DNA from: Octopus vulgaris
Taxonomy: Eukaryota
Direction of reading: 5' to 3'
Assembly: GCA_951406725.2 (NCBI GenBank)
Contig: OX597816.1
Location: 177,258,001 to 177,322,000, forward strand
Length of the DNA: 64,000 bases
Both the position numbers and the translations under genes were made by a program. Numbering within the stretch: the first letter of the stretch is position 1; each line of letters begins with the position of its first letter. Under the pieces are notes generated by a model that did not search any database, had not been told where the DNA came from, and was given only the letters and a program-made list of their open reading frames with translations. Below, piece after piece: positions 51,558-64,000 of the stretch.

Positions 51558-52865
51558 TTTTTACTTATATACTGTTTATTTATTATTATGTACCTTTTGT
51601 GATCTAGATATATGTTTTATCATATATTTTATTTCTTCGAGATGATATGGTTTATGTCTATCATTGTTTGTATTACATGATAGTGTTTTTTCTCTAATTT
51701 ATATATATTATATATTTATATGGTAAAATTTGATTTAATACTAAATTGAATTTTTCCCTGTAAGTTTGGAGTTATACTTCCTGATATTCTTATTATGTAT
51801 ATATATATATATTTATTTATTTATAAATAATAATGATATAATAAATTAACTGCATAATACATTAATACATAATACATTAATGATGACTTATGTATGTATG
51901 AACAAGCCCAAAACACTCTGGGTGGACGTTTTGTCCAGCACCTGGTGAAGACTACTGCCCATTGGGCAAAAAAATTAAAATCAATAATTCTTGATTTACA
52001 TAAACTATATTAAGTGAAAACTTGTCGAGTCAAAATTTCTGCTGATTCTTTGGAGACTTAGTTCTATTGGCCTTTAGTGATTTTGTCTAGTCTAAAACTT
52101 GAGCAGGTTATGAATCAGTATTTTGCTTTACTTTAGCTTTTTATTTTTTTTTATTTTGCAGTATATTAATCATTTCCAGCCTTGCTTTGTTTGTTTCTAT
52201 CGCGATATCAATATGAGCATCTTTACTAATGACTTTCCAAGTGAAAATAATCTTAACGTTTAAAATATGTTAGAAAGAAAAAGTTGTATATGATTCCAAA
52301 GATTTATTCCCCTGAAAAATGGATTTAATATGAGAAAACAAAATATATTTTCATATTTCTATGGATTTCGCCTGGAGCGAAGAGATGCGATCAGCAACAA
52401 AATTACCACCAAAATTATCCTAAGCAAGCATGAAAAGTGTTTACTGCCGAAACATAAGTAAAACAAGTTCAAAAATGTTAATCATTCTCCCTACTTATCA
52501 TCCCATTTCTGAATAGTTTAAATATAGTTCTCTAATAATTATCCAGTTTGTTTGTTCTCTATACTCTACTTCATATCTTATGCTTCATAGTTCACATTTT
52601 TATGGTCATTTTGCAGGGCGGATCACAGTATAGTTGAAACACTCCCAGGATCATTGTGATATTAAATATATGCCATCTCTTGTATAGTCTTTACTACGAG
52701 ATTGAGTTTATAAACCAGAAAAGCTTGCAGCCACGCAGAGAAAATCGCATGTATTAATACATACATACACTCACACACATACACACACACATATATATAT
52801 ATATATACATACATACACACACACACACACATATATATATATACATATACATATATACATATATT

Positions 52866-52901
<36 letters not shown>

Positions 52902-53002
52902 TGAATATACATATACATATAAATATATATATATACAAAAAAATATACATATACATATATACATACATATAGATATATACATAATAGATATATAATTAAT
53001 AT

Positions 53003-53178
53003 GCGCAGGAGTGGGTGTCTGGTAAGTAGCTTGCTTACAAACCACATGGTTTCGGGTTCAGTCCCACTTCTTGACACCTTGGGCAAGTGTCTTCTACTAT
53101 AGCATCGGGCTGACCAAAGCCTTCTGACTGGATTTGGTGAACGGAAACTGAAAAAAGCCAATCGTATATACAGATGTA

Positions 53179-53210
<32 letters not shown>

Positions 53211-53605
53211 CGTGTATGTGTGTGTGTTAGTGTCAGTGTGTGTGTGTGTGTGTGTGTGTGTTAGTGTCAGTGTGTGTGTGTGTGTGTGTGCATATATGTA
53301 TATGTTTGCGTGTCTGTGTTTGTCCCTCCACACACCGATAGACTAGTAGCTAGACATTATTTCTGTTCAGTGAAACAGTATTTGTATGTCCGTGTGACCC
53401 GCTCGTTTTGGCAGTTCGGGACAGGCTTTATTCTGTAAATAAAGCCTACTTTTGCTTTTCTTACGGACAAACACAGACACACAAACACATACATATACAA
53501 CCGATGTTGGTGTCACTTAGCGGTGCGGCAAGAGAGTCCGATAGAATAAGTACTAGGCTAACAAAGAATAAGTCTTGGGTCGATTTGCTCAACTAAATGC
53601 GGTAT
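53003..53605 (+). mobile_element. SINE family B (expanded microsatellite, interrupted)
   Basis: Head at 53003-53168; 3' half at ~53500-53605. Confidence 0.7.
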
Positions 53606-54622
53606 TCAAGTTTGAGGCACGTCTGGCTCTACCTGGATGGTGAACGAGTGTGGTCTCCGCTCGCTTGACGGTTTCCCAGCTTTACTAGTTTTGGTGGTAG
53701 AGAAAACTGGTTTCGTCGAAGATCGAGGTTGGGTACCTGGTATACAGAATGCTGTAAGGCTCTTCTCCAGTTCCGCAACTCGGGCAACGCCAGCGGTTTC
53801 GGTACCAACCTATAGTAGGTTGGTAGAGGCTGGAAATGATGATGCCCTGGGAAGGACCCTGGGTCTCGATGATCATCAGTTAGAGAGCCTGTTCCGAAGA
53901 ACATTCGGGCCGAAGACACTGGATAACTTCCAAAATTCTTTGGCCTGGCAGTGTCACCGAGGAGCCCTACCCGTTCGGGATAAGCTCACCAGACACAGCC
54001 ATCGTGAGCCATCGGCCTGTCCAAGATGCGAGCGGGACATGGAAACCGTCCTGTACGCTATTGTTCAGTGTCCGGGAATTTCAGAAGTGTGGGTTTATGC
54101 AGAACACCTGTTGTCAGATGGAAGAAGAGTACAGCTATCGGCTGAATCAATTGCAAAAATTAACCCGTTGGAGTTCCTGACGGAAGTAAGAATTGTTTTC
54201 TCGTAGTAGTATCAATTACGAGAGAGGTGATATGGAAGTCAAAGATGAAAGGGATTGTGACAGACTGCTTCGTATCCGGCCTCGCCCTGGTGAATGTTTT
54301 TACCTTTCACCTTAGAAAGAAGGTGGGGCTGGAAAGGAGGTGTCTATGTTCAAACACGTATGGCACGTATGTTGGGAGTGAAAGGCCCTGCGTGAATACG
54401 TCAGAAAGATTACAAAGGTACCGGTATTAAAGACAGGGCTCGTGGGGTCGGAGCTGACCTGTTTTTAATGCCTCATTGTGTTATTTTTATATATGTAATT
54501 TTTTTTGTGTTTCATTCGTTAATCATCTGTCATTGTAAATTTTTAAACCCATACGATTGTATATGACACCGTTCATATTGTGTTGCCCGACCCTGTTTGT
54601 GCGCCTGTATGGGCAATAATAA
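53606..54622 (+). mobile_element. L1/Tx1-like LINE 3' end (zf-RVT domain) and 3'UTR
   Basis: 'LAWQCHRGALPVRDKL..CPRCERDMETVLYAIVQCP'; AATAAA near 54617. Confidence 0.8.
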
Positions 54623-54734
54623 AACCAAATATCCCTGAAAGTTTCATCCGAATCCATCAGTGGTTCCTGAGATATCTTGTCCACAGACAAACAAGCAAAC
54701 AAACGCGACTGAAAATAATGCCTTCGCCTTGTAA

Positions 54735-56957
54735 CGTAAGAACGGTCTACCCACAGACCTAGTGTCCCTAGCAAGCTCCCCGTAGAGTATGTCCTTGGGG
54801 ATTCTGCCATCTTTCATACGGCTAACATGCCCAAGTCATCTCATACATCTTTGTGTGAGGAGTGCAAACATGCTTGGTATTCCTGCTTGCTTGAGGACAT
54901 CTTTGTTGGGGATATGATTCTGCCATTTGATGCGGAGGATTTTCCAGAGGCAGCGCAGGTGAAAGATGTTTAGGCGACGTTCTTGGCGTGTGTATAGCGT
55001 CCAGGTTTTACTTCCATACAGTAGAGTGCTGAGTACACATGCCTGGTAGATCTTCATTTTGGTGGTCTTGGTCAGCTTATTGTTGTCCCATGCCCGTTTG
55101 GAGAGTTGGGCCATCACAGCAGCTGCCTTGCCAATGCGTATATTGAGCTCAGCATCAAGAGATAGGTTGTAGGTGACGGTAGAGCCAAGATAGGTAAACT
55201 TCTCCACCTCTTGTAGTCTGTAGTTTCCAATACGTATGTTTGGGATGTCCGATGTAGCCTGACCGATGATGATGGGCTTCTTCAGGCTGATAACTAAGCC
55301 AAAGTTGCTACATGCTTGCTCAAAACAGTTGTGTGTGATGCCAGAGAGGCATCATCAGCAAATAGCATCTCCTTGATCAGAACACTTCTGATTTTGGTTT
55401 TGGCACGCAGGTGCGAGAGATTGAACAGTTTCCCATCACTGCTACTGTGTAGAAACACTCCATCATCTGACGTCTGAAAGGTATGTGACAGCAGCAGCGA
55501 GAAGATGCCAAATAATGTAGGAGCAAGGATACAATCTTGCTTTACCCCGTTTTTTTTTTGGAAGGCGGCTGATGTTGAACCATTGTGCTGTATGTTGCCT
55601 TGCATATCATCATGGAAAGATTTGATGATCCTCAGCAACTTTGGTGGACATCCGATTTTTTGGAGCAGGATGAAGAGGCCTTTTCTACTTACCAAGTCAA
55701 AGGCCTTTGTCAGATCAATGAAGGCCATATATAATGGCATTTTCTGCTCTCTGGACTTCTCCTGAAGTTGGCGTATGGAGAATATCATGTCAATAGTTGA
55801 TCTGCTTCTTCTAAAGCCACACTGCAATTCTGGATAAATTCGAGAAGCAAGCAGTTATAGCCTGGACAGGATAACGCGAGCAAAGGCCTTTCCAACAGTG
55901 CTTAGAAGAGTTATTCCTCAGTAATTGTTACAATCACCACGGTCACCTTTGTTTTAGTAAAGCGTAATGATGTTTGCATCAAGCATATCCTGAGGGACTG
56001 TACCCTCTTCCCAGCACTGACACAGAAGCTCATGAAGGTGCCGAAGCAGGATGGTGTTTTTGCCGGCTTTGATGATCTCTAAAGGGATGCCGTCTTTTCC
56101 CGGAGCCTTGTCACTTGCTAGGGAGTCAATAGCCTTGATGAGCTCTGCTATAGATGGCAGACTGTCAAGTTCGCACATGACTGGCAAGATCTTGACACCC
56201 TCGATTACAGCCTCAGCTACCGTGGTCTCCCATGAGAAGAGATCCTGGTAGTACTCCACCCATCTATCCATTTGCTTACTTTGGTCCTTGATGAGATCTC
56301 CAGTAGTTGATTTCAGAGGGGCTGACTTAGTTGCGGATGGACCGAGGGCCTTCTTCAAACCGGCATACATCCCACGGTTGTCGCCACTGTCAGCAGCTGA
56401 CTGGATACTCTGACAGATTTCCTGCCAATACCTATTTGCACAGCGTCTGGCAGTCAGTTGGGTTTTATTTCTTGCCTTTCTGAGTTCCTCGAGTTACGTT
56501 GTAGAAGAATCACTCTTGTATTGCATCAGAGCTGCACGCTTTGCTTCGATAACTGGTTCCAGCTCTGAGAGCCCAGCACTGAACCAATCTGGGTTTTGCC
56601 TTTCTCTCATGCCGAAAGTATCTATTGATGTGGTATAGAAAGCTTCCCTGATATAATTCCACCTACTTTCAGCAGAGGAGGTTGGGCAGCTACTGAGGGC
56701 AACCTTGATAGAAACAGCAAAACATTTTCGCAGTGTAGGATCCGAGGTTCTGGCAGTGTTAATGCGTGGTCGGCCCATTTTCTTGGAGTGATAGACTTTT
56801 TTAGGCAGAATCCTCACCCTGCTTCTTATTAGTGAATGATCTGTGTCACAATCCGCGCCTGTGGTAACTACGGGTCAGTTGAACAGAATTCAGAAAGGAT
56901 CTTCGTGTAATGATGAGATCCAGATGATGCGAGTGGTGAGATCTTGGATGTCTCCTA
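54735..56957 (-). mobile_element. Decayed RTE-clade LINE ORF2
   Basis: 'QCGFRRSRSTIDMIF', 'FIDLTKAFDLV', 'GVKQDCILAP', 'MLFADD', 'FTYLGS', 'LLYGSKTW'; truncated at a (CA)n run. Confidence 0.92.
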
Positions 56958-56960
56958 TAT

Positions 56961-57033
<73 letters not shown>

Positions 57034-57109
57034 CACACACACACACAGATAAATTGATAGATATAACTGAGTGGGCAAACAAAAACATGAGACAATGCCT
57101 AGTGTTTTT

Positions 57110-57430
57110 TTTTATATTTTGATAAGCCTGGTACTTATTCTATCAGTTTCTTCTTGTGAAACCAGTAAGTTATGGGAATGTAAATAAACGAACACCAGTT
57201 GTGAAGCAGTGATGAGGGAGAAACACAAAAACACACACATAGATTTACATATATACATACATATATATACAATTGATTTCTTTCAGTTTCTGTTTACAAA
57301 ATCCACTGACAAGGCTTTGGTTGGTCTGAGGCTATAGCAGAAGACACATGCCAAGTTACCACACAGTGGGACTGAACTGAGGACCATGTGTTTTGGAACG
57401 AAGTTTGTTACCACACAGCCACACCTGTAC
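57110..57430 (-). mobile_element. SINE family B (old, degraded)
   Basis: Divergent head and CORE-like segment. Confidence 0.7.
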
Positions 57431-57633
57431 CTTTGTATGTGTGTGTGTGTGTGTGTGTGTATGTGTGTATGGATGTATATATGTATGCATGTATATATGT
57501 GCATATATATGTGTACATATTACATGTACATACATATTTATATACATCCATATATATACATGTATATATATATATACATCCATATATATAAATCTCTATA
57601 TATACATCTATATGTATACATCTATATGTATAC

Positions 57634-57759
<126 letters not shown>

Positions 57760-58419
57760 CATGTAAATTTAAACTTAAAATAATAAGGTTAAAAAATTGA
57801 ATATTAATTTGATTAATATGAATTGAAAACCAGTGGTGTAGCATATAAGACCATAGCGGATCTTCTAGCAAAATGGATGTCCACTGTTAATGGTTCATCC
57901 CTTTTATATAATAGTTTGACTTTAATAGTTTCAGTATTAAAGTGAAAGCATGTGACATTACAATAGAAAGATGTTTTTGTTTCACTTTTAACACGTAATA
58001 CTGAAATAGTGGAGAAGATATGGTATTGCTGTGGGCTCGCCTTAGGCAAGATGTCAAAATGACATTACATGGAACCTAAGTAAGGCGTGTGTAAAATTTG
58101 AATGAAATTAGTTGTGTAGTTCTCAAGTTTTAGGGATTCATACATACAGGCAGACACACACACATTCTCAGTTTTATATATATAGATTTATATATATATA
58201 TATACATACACGCACAATAGCATGCATTATATTATATAATCACGATATGCAAAGCCAATGTCAATTACTATACGTTTAAAATAGCATGTTCGTAGTAGGA
58301 TATATATGTTATATCGTGTGTTTGTGTGTTTGTGTGTTTGTGTGAGTGTGCATGTGTGAGTGTGCGTGTGTGAGTGTGCGTGTGTGAGAGTGCGTGTGTG
58401 CGAGTACTGACCCCAGATG

Positions 58420-59720
58420 GAATTACAAAATTTGAATATGGAACAGTCTCTCAAGAATGTTCTAACACTAATCCCTCTCTCACACCAAGCAGTGTATTGC
58501 GTTTTATGGAAAAGACCGAAGATCTAATCAAGATAGAAAAGATATTCCACCGTTAAGGAGAATATTGCTGGCACCAAAGAAAACAGCTTCAGTTTCAGAT
58601 GTAGACGGAACATAAGAGTGAATGACTTATATTGAGATCTGAATAGGATGCAAAAGGTTTTAAGAAAATCACCCAAAAAACCTTTTAAAGACATGGTTCT
58701 CAAAGATTTAACAAGATCTGAAAATTTTAAACACGTCAATTTTTCTACAGCTATCAAAAAGCACGTACAAAATTGATAACTACTCATACCATAAGCATCT
58801 TTCTTACAATATCGCCAGAACAGATAGGAAAACTGAGCTTAGTACTTATAATAATATTAATTTAAAAGCAAAAGACATAGATACCAGCCTAAAACAGACC
58901 GTAGTACAGAAATTTGAACGTTATACAAACCATATATTACCTTTAAAGATCACATATATTTTATTGTTGTCAATCCTAAATTCAGATTATTGAATGCAGG
59001 CAAATATGGATTAAATAAGGGCCAACAAAAATATTTTGGATACCATGATTTTAAACTGGTCCCGTCATCTCTGTTGTAGTACAACATTTCATCTATTATC
59101 AAGGTGTTTATTATCCAAATTAGATAATAAGCACATTTGTGAATTCTACGTGGTTCGATATGGAAGAGTTATACATATCTGTTAAATCCTTTTTTCATAA
59201 AAGTTTCAGCGTTTGGTTGAGGTTTCACTCAGGAGGTTTCAACTTAGGTTGAGGATTCAGACATTAATATAAGTTATTCTGCTAAAGGAGGCGGTCTGGT
59301 AGAATCGTTAGCACGCCGGGTAAAATGCTTAGCAGGATATATATTGCCCGTCTTTATGTTCTGAGTTCAAATTCTACCGCGGTCGGCTTTGCCTTTCATC
59401 CTTTTGGGGTCGATAAAATAAATGCTAGTCCCCTCCCTTCAAATTTCAGGCGTTGTGCCTATAGCAGAAAGAAATATTAATTAGTATGCATACTTGGAAA
59501 TCTGTGTTAATTTGTTTAGGCTTAATCATAGTAGCCATGAATCTTTTGGTGTAACCATGCGATCTTACGCAATGTACGTAAGGTTTTTTAATTAAAAGGA
59601 TTGTAAATCTTAGATTTATTCGGAAGAGATACCACTCGGCAGAGTTCGGAATTTACCTTTTGAGCAAAAGCCTGAATGGGCACCAACATATTCAAAGAGT
59701 TAAATTTAATTCTAACTAGT
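58420..59720 (+). mobile_element. Decayed PLE RT relic interrupted by a family A SINE (~59287-59475)
   Basis: 'YITFKDH...NPKFRLLNAGK', 'WFDMEELY', 'FGVTMRSY' match ITLKDHK, FDI..FYPSI and FDVTMGSYDG. Confidence 0.65.
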
Positions 59721-59736
59721 GATTTCATCCTTTCAC

Positions 59737-60155
59737 ACGCAGGAGTGGCTGTGTGGTAAGTAGCTTGCTAACCAACCACATGGTTCCGGGTTCAGTCCCA
59801 CTGCGTGGCATCTTGGGCAAGTGTCTTCTGCTATAGCCCCGGGCCGACCAATGCCTTGTGAGTAGATTTGGTAGACGGAAACTGAAAGAAGCCTGTCGTA
59901 TATATGTATATATATATGTGTGTGTGTATATGTGTTTGTGTGTCTGTGTTTTGTCCCCCTAGCATTGCTTGACAACCGATGCTGGTGTGTTTACGTCCCC
60001 GTCACTTAGCGGTTCGGCAAAAGAGACCGATAGAATAAGTACTGGGCTTACAAAGAATAAGTCCCGGGGTCGATTTGCTCGACTAAAGGCGGTGCTCCAG
60101 CATGGCCGCAGTCTAATGACTGAAACAAGTAAAAGAGTAAAAGAGAGAAAAGAGT
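59737..60155 (+). mobile_element. SINE family B
   Basis: Full-length copy. Confidence 0.88.
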
Positions 60156-60432
60156 ACAGGATAAATCATAATCGATCTACTGCATTGCTTGTACACTAAT
60201 GCTATTGTTTCATACCATTGGCCCAATGTTGTACCAACGATTATCCTAAGTATGTCTTTTCCTTGTTTTACTTTCTTTGTGCGTTGTGAACATTTGACGA
60301 GTCTTATATATAGCTTCTAGTATTTTCGTCTTCCGCTCGTTAGGATTTATGCTGTTGAGTGTGAGAGCTGTTTATGCTTTATGTTCTTCTGTATTACTGG
60401 CAAGGTAGGGAGGTCAATAGATTTAGTAGGTA

Positions 60433-60815
60433 CTAGCAGTATCGCCCGGCGTTGCTCGGGTTTGTAAGGGAAATAACTATAAAGCATTTTTAGAGAATTA
60501 TAGCCAAAAAATAGCAAAAAAATGGGAAAAAAATGATGGTAAATTTTTTTGAGAGTTAAAAAGGTCGAGTTGCGTCCCCTAGACAGTCTGTGGTTTGTGT
60601 TTCTGATTCTCGACCCCATGTCGAATTTATCGATTTTTTTCAGAACTGGGGGAACTTTTCAAAATTTTCGCTGCGTTAGTTTTGAATTATGACATTGGGC
60701 TATGTGTGTGTTAAGTTTCATCAGAATCGGTTGAAAGCCGTGGTCAGGGTGAGGGTACAACCTAACAGACACACAGACACGCAGACAGACAAACTGCCGT
60801 TTATATAGAGAGAGA
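60433..60815 (-). mobile_element. Non-autonomous Helitron
   Basis: Same 3' hairpin + CTAG as 31111 and 36089 but a different 5' half; A^T insertion. Confidence 0.8.
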
Positions 60816-61313
60816 TAGAGCCAGGTTCCTTAGTGATTTATGTAGAATTTTAGTTGTTAAGCACTAGCGCCTGGAGAATGGTAGGAAAATATAAGTGTGA
60901 TTTCATCGTGCATGAGGTTGAATGATCTTGTAGGAATAGGTCGAAATAGAAAATGCAAGTTCTTGGAATGTTGTTGTTTTAGTCTACTTAGACTTGGTAG
61001 GTTAACGGATAGTCAGTGATTTGCTTCTTGAAGTGATGTTGAGTATATTTTTTGTGAGTGGATAGCAAGATATTGAATGGAAAACTTTGCTGATATCAAT
61101 GGTAGTTAGAATGGTAGATGCAGAACATTCTTCTGTTTTGTTGAAGCATTTATATTTCTAGTATTAAGCAGACTTGTTTGTGTGGTAAGAGGTTTACTTC
61201 CTTATCACATGGTTCAGTCCCATCGCATGGGACCTTGAGCAAACGTCTTCTACTATAGCTCCGGACTAACTCTTATGAGTGGATGTGGTGGACAGAAACT
61301 GAAAAAACTCACC

Positions 61314-61785
<472 letters not shown>

Positions 61786-61939
61786 GGGTAGTTGAAAAAT
61801 AATTTTAAAATACTTATAATTTATTTATTAAAAATCTCATTTTTCTCAAATTTATTGTGTATGTTCTTTAGTGTATGGGAATTGATTCTATGTTTTCTTG
61901 CAGACCGATTATTTTCTTTGAAATCTAGAAGCCCTACAA

Positions 61940-62052
61940 ATATGGTCTGATCTCTTTCAAAAATATCATCTGGTGTGAAGAAGCGGCATTCCACACCGGT
62001 GGCTTTCTGAACCGTCACAACTGCCACCTACCGGGCAGGAGAAGATCCTCGT
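61940..62052 (+). pseudogene. Tc1/mariner-superfamily transposase fragment
   Basis: 'IIWCEEAAFHTGGFLNRHNCH' resembles the FSDEAHFHL.G.VNKQNCRYW motif. Confidence 0.6.
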
Positions 62053-62627
62053 ATTACCTCGGAAAAAATACACACACATACATACATTCGTATGTATGTG
62101 TGTGTGTCTTAGTGTTTGTCTCTGCCACCATCTGACAACCGGTGTTCGTTTCTTTACATCCTCGTAACCCAGTGGTTCGGCATAGGAGTACCAGGATTAC
62201 AGGGAAAAAAACAAAAAACAAAAACGAGAAAACTAAGTACTGGGATCAATTTGTTCCGCAGTATGGCCGCAGTCCAATGACGGAAACCAGTAAAAGATAA
62301 AAGAGATAAAAGATTACGTTTCTAAGTAGTATGGTGGTTGGATGTAGTTGCCGGATCCGATTTATGATCGACGGCTAAGTGTGAGTGTAATGTCAAGGAT
62401 TAGACTTTCCAGAATTATTGAGAAGGGGGTCTCCATGCACCCACTTAACCGGCAAGAAATTGCAGCCAAATCTTCCTCACATTTTATTGAACTGTCTTCA
62501 GAAATAGGTATATATTATACCTCATAAACTAATATTAAATAATTGCATGGTTTATGCGTAAGTGTACGTATTTACTATTCTACTGATTAGTAGAAGTTTA
62601 CACCGGAAAATTAGAAAACAACTATTA

Positions 62628-63361
<734 letters not shown>

Positions 63362-63557
63362 GTTAAGGCGGTGAGCTGGCAGAATCGTTTGCAAGTGGCA
63401 CTTCCTTCGTTTTTACGTTCTGCGTTCAAATTCCTCCGAGGTCGACTTTACCTTTCATCCTTTCGGGGTCGACCAATTAATTCCTCGTTGACTAATCGAC
63501 TGGTCCCCTTCCGCTAAATTTCAGGCCTTGTGTCTATAGTAGGATGATTATTATTAT

Positions 63558-64000
63558 TCTATGTTTGACTTTTGCTTTATATTTGTACAAGTTGGCTCCA
63601 AGTCTCACCCAGAGACCTCAAGAGACAACAGTTTGAAAGTTCATGTTGTTGTTATACTTAGTGTACCATATATTTGGGTTTTTTAGTGTTGTACTAGTGA
63701 ATGTCTAAAAAAAAACATACGATAATTATGTTTGTTTTAAACCTTGAGATTACATAGAAAGTATTTTGCGTAGGATATGAGCAGTTCCCATGAGCACTAT
63801 CTTTTCAATATGATGTCTGGCCTATTTGCATCTATCTTTCTGTCAGTTTGAATGGTGAAGTTTCAGAGGAGTGAGATGTGGTCATTTTCAAGCACTGGAG
63901 GAGGATTGTGTTCCCACCAGTTTTTTTCATGGGGCAAATCCAGGTTTTTGCAAATTACCCAGTGAATATATTATTCAGCTCTATCATGCCTGTTGAGATA
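63558..64000 (-). mobile_element. 3' end of a restriction-like-endonuclease LINE (R4/Dong/NeSL-like)
   Basis: 'WWEHNPPPVLENDHISLL*NFTIQTDRKIDANRPDII'; 3' end abuts short (AAT)n. Confidence 0.7.

Noticed and set aside
61821-62027. 68-aa minus-strand ORF with an apparent splice acceptor
   Set aside because: The plus strand matches a Tc1/mariner transposase motif, so it is not a host exon.

Overview
AT-rich animal genomic DNA, most likely a coleoid cephalopod such as Octopus (inferred from the SINE families and dense microsatellites). It is almost entirely repeat-derived and has no intact long ORF. Contents: decayed L1/Tx1, RTE and R4/NeSL-like LINEs; several Penelope-like element (PLE) relics; a Helitron Rep-Hel relic plus non-autonomous Helitrons; mariner and Tc1 transposons; MITEs; a Gypsy LTR relic; three tRNA-derived SINE families. 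Three small phase-compatible minus-strand exons (40127-40064, 14177-14078, 9879-9808) may encode the C-terminus of an unidentified host gene. Most notable: (1) a ~142-nt multi-pseudoknot RNA fold with many compensatory changes between two diverged copies (44777-44918, 48308-48450), inside a microsatellite-flanked element with terminal direct repeats; (2) several minimal type I hammerhead ribozyme motifs in PLE tails and tiny (TA)n-flanked units; (3) recurrent local inverted-duplication rearrangements. All structures were paired by eye and no searches were run.
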